This document shows positions 25,118 through 30,974 of a stretch of DNA of 54,534 nucleotides, piece after piece. Origin of the DNA: Candidatus Gastranaerophilales bacterium (lineage in GTDB: Bacteria > Cyanobacteriota > Vampirovibrionia > Gastranaerophilales > Gastranaerophilaceae); assembly GCA_947624935.1 (NCBI GenBank), contig CANQML010000001.1, positions 1 to 54,534 of the forward strand, given 5' to 3'. A program made the position numbers and the translations under genes. The number at the start of each line of letters is the position of its first letter. The stretch's first letter is position 1. The notes beneath the pieces were generated by a model. The model searched no databases. It had not been told where the DNA came from and saw only the letters and a list, made by a program, of their open reading frames with translations.

Positions 25118-25303
25118 TTAAAACCAAACAAAAACCTTTTTACCCGCCTTTTCAAGCTCTTCAACGGTATAAATTTCCCCGTTGATTTTTACGCACTGTT
25201 GCCCCCATTCATCCGAATAAACGCGTCGGTCAATATGCGCGTTGCCTTGCGTGATTGTCGCAAACAGCGGATAACCTGCGCAAAATTCTTTTTCAAGTGT
25301 CAT
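25118..25303 (-). CDS. small hypothetical protein (61 aa)
   Basis: AAGGAG before ATG 25303 (MTLEKEF). Confidence 0.45.
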   Translation of the reverse strand: MTLEKEFCAGYPLFATITQGNAHIDRRVYSDEWGQQCVKINGEIYTVEELEKAGKKVFVWF

Positions 25304-25404
25304 TTTGTTAAATCTCCTTTGCCTGTCATCATCAGTACGGGGCGGCAAACCCCCGCAGACGGGCAGAAAAAGCCCGTTTCGACTGTTTAATTAAATCACC
25401 CCCC

Positions 25405-25527
25405 TTATAAATACAGAAAATCGCCATTTTGCCAAACAATTTGAGAATAGCCGCGCCTTTTTAATCTCAAAATCGTAGAATTAGCGGGATATTGCCACAT
25501 TTTTTTACCTTTTGCGTAATAAGTCAT
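25405..25527 (-). CDS. small hypothetical protein (40 aa), not in ORF track
   Basis: GGAG RBS. MTYYAKGKKMWQYPANSTILRLKRRGYSQIVWQNGDFLYL*. Confidence 0.35.
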   Translation of the reverse strand: MTYYAKGKKMWQYPANSTILRLKRRGYSQIVWQNGDFLYL

Positions 25528-25644
25528 AATAATATACTCCTCTTTATGCGTTTAGTTTTGCCGTGTGCGGTCTTTGGACGCTCTCGGCGGACGCATTAAC
25601 GGCGGGCAAGCCGCCGCCCATCTGCTATAATTTCACCCCCTTTA

Positions 25645-25992
25645 TTATGCTAATGCCCTGTTTATAAGCTCGGCGCGCAATTCCGCAATCTTTTTATTTG
25701 CGCGTTCTTCCGCGCTTTTGTCGGATAAGTGCGCCCAATATTCTGCGATTGCATTTTCCGCTTCCTCTTCGAGGTCGTCATACTTTACGCGCGCGCCCGT
25801 TAAATTCCTATAACCTGTGCAAACACAAACGCCGCCGCCGATGTCGTAAGCGTCCCAATTCCAACCGTAAACGCCTTTGTTATAAGCGTAAGCATTTAAG
25901 CCGCGCAACAGATATTGCGCGCCGCAATAGCCTATTCTAATAACTTGCTTGTTTGTTGTTTCTAACTGTTTGTTTGTCAATTTGATTTTCAT
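25645..25992 (-). CDS. hypothetical protein (115 aa, GC-rich codons)
   Basis: AAGAGGG RBS before ATG 25992 (MKIKLTNKQ). Contains IRIGYCGAQYLL...GVYGWNWDAYD. Confidence 0.5.
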   Translation of the reverse strand: MKIKLTNKQLETTNKQVIRIGYCGAQYLLRGLNAYAYNKGVYGWNWDAYDIGGGVCVCTGYRNLTGARVKYDDLEEEAENAIAEYWAHLSDKSAEERANKKIAELRAELINRALA

Positions 25993-26087
25993 AATAAAAC
26001 CCTCTTTATAATTTATTTGCGGGCGGGCTTGCAACCGCCACCGCCGCATTAACCCCTTGCGGGGCTGCTCTGCGTTACAAATTTATT

Positions 26088-26219
26088 TTAATTATTTGTA
26101 CAAATACAAGCGATTAAATACACCGCGCGCGGGTTTTTTTCGTGCATTTCCCACGCGAGCGCGTCCGCCTCTTCAAATGTTTTCCCGCCCGCGAGCATTC
26201 CCGCGCTTTGCTCTACCAT
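26088..26219 (-). CDS. small GC-rich ORF, start ambiguous (43 aa from the ATG; the frame is open for 77 codons without a canonical start)
   Basis: MVEQSAGMLAGGKTFEEADALAWEMHEKNPRAVYLIACICTNN*. The upstream in-frame part reads ...YEFYCPSGNTFTFCAQCDKSAAAYARQ. Confidence 0.35.
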   Translation of the reverse strand: MVEQSAGMLAGGKTFEEADALAWEMHEKNPRAVYLIACICTNN

Positions 26220-26315
26220 TTGCCGCGCATACGCCGCCGCGCTTTTATCGCATTGGGCACAAAATGTAAATGTATTGCCACTCGGGCAATAAAATTCATA
26301 ATTGCCAAACGATAA

Positions 26316-26370
26316 CCGCCCCCCGAGTCAAGGTTAATTTGATTATAACACCGCCCGCCCCCCGTGTCAA
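26316..26370 (-). repeat. two copies of TTGAC(A/T)CGGGGGGCGG, 39 bp apart; the distal copy supplies the -35 of the leftward promoter
   Basis: Plus-strand ccgccccccgAgtcaa (26316..26331) and ccgccccccgTgtcaa (26355..26370). Confidence 0.7.
26342..26370 (-). promoter_or_regulatory. consensus promoter TTGACA-17-TATAAT for the leftward operon
   Basis: The reverse complement reads TTGACA cggggggcgggcggtgt TATAAT. Confidence 0.75.
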
Positions 26371-26419
26371 CCCTTTTATTATACTTTTTTTAATATTCTT
26401 TTAGTTTTTTTAATATGTA

Positions 26420-26437
26420 CACGCGCCCGCGCGCGTG
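26420..26437. other. GC hairpin CACGCGC-CCGC-GCGCGTG; the motif CGCGCCCGC occurs three times (26422, 26452, 26649)
   Basis: Read directly. GC islands sit inside an AT-rich intergenic region. Confidence 0.6.
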
Positions 26438-26506
26438 ATATAAATATCCTGCGCGCCCGCCCTGCTAACCCTTGCAGGCGTGGAAGGAGCCGCCCCGCGC
26501 CCCCGC

Positions 26507-26640
26507 TTTTTTCTTTTTATTTATTTTTCTTTTTTGTAAATTATTCAAAATTACTTTTTGTAATTTTGTACACTAAATAATTATGTAAATTATTCAATGT
26601 ATTGATATGATTATTTAATGATTTTTGTAAAAAAATAAAG
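26507..26640. other. extremely AT-rich tract (about 13% G+C by hand count) with TTTTGTA half-sites and a 13-bp direct repeat; DNA-unwinding-element candidate
   Basis: TTTTGTA at 26532, 26556, 26564 and 26623. GTAAATTATTCAA at 26536 and 26585. Confidence 0.45.
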
Positions 26641-26720
26641 TAACATATCGCGCCCGCACTCGCTCATTCTGTTTTTTCGTGCTTTTTATCCCGTCTAACC
26701 GATTTATAAAACGTTCATAT

Positions 26721-26749
26721 TTGAAATTTTGTTGATTTTTGGCTAAAAT
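26721..26749 (+). promoter_or_regulatory. candidate promoter TTGAAA-17-TAAAAT inside the gene-free hub
   Basis: TTGAAA at 26721..26726 and TAAAAT at 26744..26749. Confidence 0.45.
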
Positions 26750-26761
26750 ATGCCAAAATCA

Positions 26762-26785
26762 GGGCGGGAGGGGTGCCCGTGGGGG
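26762..26785 (+). other. canonical G-quadruplex motif GGG-C-GGG-A-GGGG-TGCCCGT-GGGGG; a second G block GGGGTGGGGG lies at 26806..26815
   Basis: Read directly. Four G3+ tracts with loops of 1, 1 and 7 nt. Confidence 0.6.
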
Positions 26786-26821
26786 CAAAGGTTGCGGATT
26801 TGAAAGGGGTGGGGGTAACCT

Positions 26822-26890
26822 CATACACTTACAATTTAGAAATTTGAATTTAGCTATTCACATACACTTACAAAATTAAAATTTCAATTT
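26822..26890. repeat. two imperfect 30-bp direct repeats (25/30 identical), period 39 bp
   Basis: CATACACTTACAATTTAGAAATTTGAATTT versus CATACACTTACAAAATTAAAATTTCAATTT. Confidence 0.7.
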
Positions 26891-26891
26891 C

Positions 26892-27203
26892 AAGTCTTTA
26901 TCAAGACTTTCATTTTAGTTTATGAGATTATTCGGTAAATCCGAATTATCTCTTTACTCACTTAAACTGACATAAAAGCTATAAAAGATTATCAGTATAT
27001 TGATAATGATAGGTAGTAATCATTTCAAAAACGCCGTTAGAGCTTATAATTAGCGTTCTAACGGGTTTTAGAATAAACTATGGGTAAATACACGGAAAGG
27101 CTAAATAAGGGTTTAGAAAGCAAATAAAAGCCTTTCCGAGAGAGTATAATTTTATTGGTGTTTTAGTGGTAAAATATTTCCTATAAAGATAGAAATAGGA
27201 AAA
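26892..27203 (+). other. run of six stem-loops, including a terminator-like one at 27034..27069
   Basis: Stems at 26892..26909 (7 bp), 26924..26952 (12 bp, 1 mismatch), 26988..27007 (7 bp), 27034..27069 (8 bp then GTTTTA), 27093..27138 (10 bp) and 27177..27202 (8 bp). Confidence 0.55.
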
Positions 27204-27221
27204 GGGTATTTTTAGAGAGCA

Positions 27222-27405
27222 TTTTGTAGTCTATGGTGTTTACAAAATAGGGGTAAAGTGGCATTTTTGTAGCCTGTACTGTTTACAAAAATTTTGTAAC
27301 CTACTGTGTTTACAAAAAGTATGATTTTGTAGCCGTGTGCGTTTACAAAATTTTTTCTGTGTAATAAAATTTATTTATAATTTTGTAGTTATTTTGTTTA
27401 CAAAA
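27222..27405. repeat. five 25-26-bp palindromic iterons TTTTGTA(G/A)-N8-9-GTTTACAAAA
   Basis: Copies at 27222..27247, 27265..27290, 27292..27317, 27325..27350 and 27381..27405. Confidence 0.85.
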
Positions 27406-27425
27406 TTGATTTAGTATGATATAAT
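27397..27425 (+). promoter_or_regulatory. promoter TTTACA-17-TATAAT whose -35 lies inside iteron 5
   Basis: TTTACA at 27397..27402 and TATAAT at 27420..27425. Confidence 0.55.
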
Positions 27426-27521
27426 GAATATACAGAGCAAGGACAGCCCTATTGCAAGGGGTTTCCGAGCGTTCCTGCGGATTACTTGCTTTGTACATTT
27501 TTGCTTGGGGAACGCAAGTTA

Positions 27522-28067
27522 ATGAAAAAGGTAACGAAATACATAAATGATACGCATAAGCCTGTACCGCTGTATGAGGGTGCGGACGGAGAGAAGTTGT
27601 TTGACGTGCCGCCGAACGGCGGTATGGCGAAGATATTTACGGAAGCGCAGATTAGAAGTCAAACGGCGTATGCAAGTAGAGTACAATACGATTGGAAGTT
27701 TATAAAGTGTATGGAAAATGAGCAAGAGATAATAATTCTGTTAAAAGACGACTTAAAGACTTTTTACGCTTTAACCGTAATGAAACATTTTCTGTTAAAA
27801 GATAGGAATATTTTAGTTAAAAATATAGTTAAGGACGGTAAAGAGCAAACAGTTAAGTTTACCGCTATTGATTTACAAGAGGCTTTGGGGTATAAGACGA
27901 GGCAAGCGGCAAGCAAGCATATTATGAAATTAAAGAGCTTGAATATAGTAAAGGGCATAAAGACAAAAGATTTCGGTTATGTTTTTGCTATTAACCCGAA
28001 TTACTATATGAACGGCACTTCTGTACCGAAAGAGATAAGTGAGTTATTCAACGAGGACAATAAATGA
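27522..28067 (+). CDS. winged-helix DNA-binding protein, putative iteron-binding replication initiator or regulator (RepL-like)
   Basis: wHTH-like LQEALGYKTRQAASKHIMKLKSLNIVKGI. It is the first gene after the iterons. ATG 27522 is preferred to the TTG at 27486. Confidence 0.4.
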   Translation: MKKVTKYINDTHKPVPLYEGADGEKLFDVPPNGGMAKIFTEAQIRSQTAYASRVQYDWKFIKCMENEQEIIILLKDDLKTFYALTVMKHFLLKDRNILVKNIVKDGKEQTVKFTAIDLQEALGYKTRQAASKHIMKLKSLNIVKGIKTKDFGYVFAINPNYYMNGTSVPKEISELFNEDNK

Positions 28068-28246
28068 TAGGTTGGATTGTAGCAGTAGTAGGTTTAATTT
28101 GTTTTATTGCAAGCATTTTTGCTTTTCGTAAGGCATATATAAAAGAAAAAGACGAGATAGGGTTGTTGTTTTTATTTACTATTGCTTTTGGGTTTTTGTT
28201 TGCTGTTGGCGGTACGGCGATTGCAATAATGTCGCTATTAAAATAA
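28064..28246 (+). CDS. small membrane protein (2 TM)
   Basis: Hydrophobic sequence; ATGA overlap. Confidence 0.5.
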   Translation: MIGWIVAVVGLICFIASIFAFRKAYIKEKDEIGLLFLFTIAFGFLFAVGGTAIAIMSLLK

Positions 28247-28265
28247 ATTTAACGAGAGGCTAATT

Positions 28266-28574
28266 ATGACAAAGCAAGAACTTGAAACTTTATTAGATAT
28301 GACAAAAAAAGAAAAACAAAGTTACGAAAATGCGCTGTTTGAAATAAAAAAATGTATGCAATCTGCGGCTGATATGTTTAATAGCGGTTTAGCCGAAGAA
28401 AGTGATTTTAACAACGGAATACAAAATGCTTTGTGCGTAATATCGGAAATAATAAATTCTCACATTTCTTCTTATTCTTACCTTAAATGTCCAAAATTCA
28501 AGTACACAGACGATGATAAACCTGCTTTTACTGTAATTGAGGGCGGGTTATCAAAAAAGAAACAAGAGGTATAA
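28266..28574 (+). CDS. hypothetical protein
   Basis: Operon context only. Confidence 0.5.
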   Translation: MTKQELETLLDMTKKEKQSYENALFEIKKCMQSAADMFNSGLAEESDFNNGIQNALCVISEIINSHISSYSYLKCPKFKYTDDDKPAFTVIEGGLSKKKQEV

Positions 28575-28575
28575 T

Positions 28576-28839
28576 ATGGAAACAAAAGCAGATACCTTGA
28601 AAGACATACCAAAAGGCAAATATTGCAAAGGTTGTAAATACAATAGAATAATCACACAAAAAACAGTAAATATGTTTGGTGATGATAGCGGTTATATAGA
28701 AAAATATTATTGTGCTTTGTTTAATTGTGAATTAGATAATAATTATCATTATTTTGCTTTTATTGACAAGCTAATAGAGCCGAACACTAAATGCTTTGAG
28801 TGTTCTTTGAAAACGGAGGAATTTAACGAGGGGAACTGA
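28576..28839 (+). CDS. Cys-rich hypothetical protein
   Basis: ATG 28576 (METKADT). Confidence 0.5.
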   Translation: METKADTLKDIPKGKYCKGCKYNRIITQKTVNMFGDDSGYIEKYYCALFNCELDNNYHYFAFIDKLIEPNTKCFECSLKTEEFNEGN

Positions 28840-28841
28840 TT

Positions 28842-29147
28842 ATGAAAGATTATAGGTTAAGCGAGATATTGAGTTATTGTTATTCTAATGGCGATTGCAA
28901 ACAATGTGAGTTAGAAAAAATTTGTTCTCATAGACTTGATTATATAAGCATATGCAACATAGAGCCGCGCGATATGATTGAATTGCCGTGTATAAACGAA
29001 ATAGATAAATCTAAAACGGGTTGTTATACACTTGACGGCAAGTTTTATGAAGTTATCTTTCGTGATAAAGACGGCTCAATAAAGGTTATGCAAGCGGAAA
29101 GCAAAGACGAGGCATATAAATTTTTAGCAATGTTAAAAGGAAACTAA
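28842..29147 (+). CDS. hypothetical protein
   Basis: Operon context only. Confidence 0.5.
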   Translation: MKDYRLSEILSYCYSNGDCKQCELEKICSHRLDYISICNIEPRDMIELPCINEIDKSKTGCYTLDGKFYEVIFRDKDGSIKVMQAESKDEAYKFLAMLKGN

Positions 29148-29149
29148 TT

Positions 29150-29365
29150 ATGACACTTGAAGAATTAGACAAACATTATAAAAAATATTCTTGTAAAAAG
29201 TGTAACAATGCGCTGTTGGACAAGAAATATGATGTTATAAAGTGTAAAATAAATAATTGTCATAACTATATTTATCCCTCTAATAGTTGTGTTTCTTGTG
29301 CTGATTTTCAAAAAAGAATAGATAAACAAAAAACTTTTAATCTTTTTGGTGAGTGTAAAGTATGA
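29150..29365 (+). CDS. Cys-rich hypothetical protein
   Basis: Operon context only. Confidence 0.5.
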   Translation: MTLEELDKHYKKYSCKKCNNALLDKKYDVIKCKINNCHNYIYPSNSCVSCADFQKRIDKQKTFNLFGECKV

Positions 29366-30045
29366 AAATAGAGCCAAACAACTGCTATAATCTTGATTGT
29401 GAAATAGGTATGCGGTTAATGATAGAGCAAGGGCTTAAAGCTGATTGTATGTTGACTGATATTCCTTATGGGGAAGTAAATCGTTTGTCTAATGGCTTGC
29501 GACAATTAGATAAAGGGCAAGCTGACGAAGAAACATTTTGCTTAAATAGCTTTTTAGAAACTGCTGAAAAAGTTGTTAGTGGTGTGTTTATTATTTTTTG
29601 TGGCACGGAACAAGTATCGCAAATAAGAAAGTTTTTTGTTAAACATAATTGTGCAACACGATTGCTTATATGGGAGAAAACTAACCCATCTCCAATAAAC
29701 GGCGATAAACTTTATTTGAGTGGTATTGAGTGCGCTGTTTATGCAAAGAAAAGTGGCGGTACATTTAATGGCTTTTGTAAAAATACTGTTTTTAGAAAGC
29801 CTACTGTTCAAAGTGATATTCACCCAACAATGAAACCTTTATCTTTGTGGTATGAATTACTGAGAGATAATACAAATGAGGGATAGCTTGTTATTGACCC
29901 TTGTATGGGAAGTTTTACAACAGCTATTGCTTGCCATAAATTAAGTCGAAATTGGATTGGTTTTGAATTAAACAAGGAATTTTATAAAAGCGGATATGAA
30001 AGATACAAACAAGTGTCTGCACAAATGAGTATTTTTGATTTATAA
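29362..30045 (+). pseudogene. N6-adenine/N4-cytosine DNA methyltransferase (beta class) interrupted by an in-frame TAG at 29884..29886
   Basis: Motif IV-like TDIPYG lies upstream. The SAM-binding motif LVIDPCMGSFTT lies immediately after the TAG in the same frame. The frame ends at TAA 30043..30045. Confidence 0.7.
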
Positions 30046-30085
30046 AGAATTTTCTTAATATTGGCATAATAGTGGAGTTGAGTTA

Positions 30086-30301
30086 ATGGAAGAAAAATTT
30101 GTTGATTTGCTCGAATATGCATTTGAAAACTTTATTGATACAGCGATTGAGCGAGGAGCTGAATATAAAGAAATTTACGATAAGCAATCCGATTTTGCAA
30201 AATCATTTTTTCTCGGCGCAGTTGCCACTTATCTTTCAAAAGAAGAATATTTGCGCATATTTTCTTTGGCAGACAAGGCAGAAAAATTAAATAACAATTA
30301 A
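30086..30301 (+). CDS. hypothetical protein
   Basis: Operon context only. Confidence 0.5.
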   Translation: MEEKFVDLLEYAFENFIDTAIERGAEYKEIYDKQSDFAKSFFLGAVATYLSKEEYLRIFSLADKAEKLNNN

Positions 30302-30314
30302 AGGAGTAATTTTT

Positions 30315-30644
30315 ATGGAATTATGGGTAAGAAGTCAAGATAAAAGGCTTTTATGTAAAGTTGATAGTCTTAATTGCTATAAACTTAATGGCAGTTTTAA
30401 CATATCAACGGGAAATCAACTGTTAGGTAAATATTCTACCGAAGAACGCTGTCTTGAAATAATAGACGAGATACAAGGAAAGCTAAAAGATTTTTCTTTT
30501 GTATCTGTAAAAGGCATTACGCAAGAAGAATTTGACAAATTAAACAACAATGCTTATGAATACGGTGTTGTTTGTTTGCCAAGCGGAGTAGATATTGTTC
30601 ACCACGATATAGACGTTTTTACTTATCAAATGCCCGAAAACTAA
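30315..30644 (+). CDS. hypothetical protein
   Basis: AAGGAG RBS. Confidence 0.5.
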   Translation: MELWVRSQDKRLLCKVDSLNCYKLNGSFNISTGNQLLGKYSTEERCLEIIDEIQGKLKDFSFVSVKGITQEEFDKLNNNAYEYGVVCLPSGVDIVHHDIDVFTYQMPEN

Positions 30645-30668
30645 TAAAAATACAAGGATTGTATAATT

Positions 30669-30974
30669 ATGCAAAATATTAAACTTGACGGCTCAACAGG
30701 TTGTTTTATTCACCGCGATAAAGACGGAATACATTTAGAAATGGTTGTAAATGATAATTTGGGGTGTAAAAGCGGTGATTATAAAACTGTAAAGCCCGAA
30801 GATTGTCCTACTCAATACGATTATGTTATAGACATAAGCGAAACTACTTATATAACGCTTGTAAAATGTATGCTGTCATTAGCAACACGCGAAGAATTTA
30901 ACAAAATATTACTTAACCCCGTTGACGGGGCTTGTTGGGAAGTAACCCATAGAAAAACAAACAAAAAGCAATGA
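30669..30974 (+). CDS. hypothetical protein
   Basis: ATGA overlap with terL. Confidence 0.5.
   Translation: MQNIKLDGSTGCFIHRDKDGIHLEMVVNDNLGCKSGDYKTVKPEDCPTQYDYVIDISETTYITLVKCMLSLATREEFNKILLNPVDGACWEVTHRKTNKKQ

Noticed and set aside
26057-26269. Plus-strand 70-aa Arg/Pro-rich ORF in the GC island.
   Set aside because: Its composition is typical of the antisense strand of GC-rich coding sequence. The minus strand carries the coding-like frame and the promoter.
26420-26437. A telomere-resolution (N15-type) palindrome.
   Set aside because: It is only a 7-bp stem, not a long perfect palindrome, and there is no protelomerase-like ORF.
26822-27405. Possible mini-CRISPR array (the 30-bp repeats or the 26-bp iterons).
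   Set aside because: There are only 2 imperfect copies with an 8-9 nt gap. The 5 palindromic sites have irregular spacings of 27-56 bp. No cas genes are present. The sites behave like protein-binding sites.
29884-29886. Genome-wide TAG (amber) reassignment, as seen in some gut phages.
   Set aside because: TAG terminates well-supported genes (647..649, 15120..15122, 38693..38695), with other stops or non-coding sequence right after. The two tRNAs read CAA and ACA and are not suppressors. Only one gene is interrupted.
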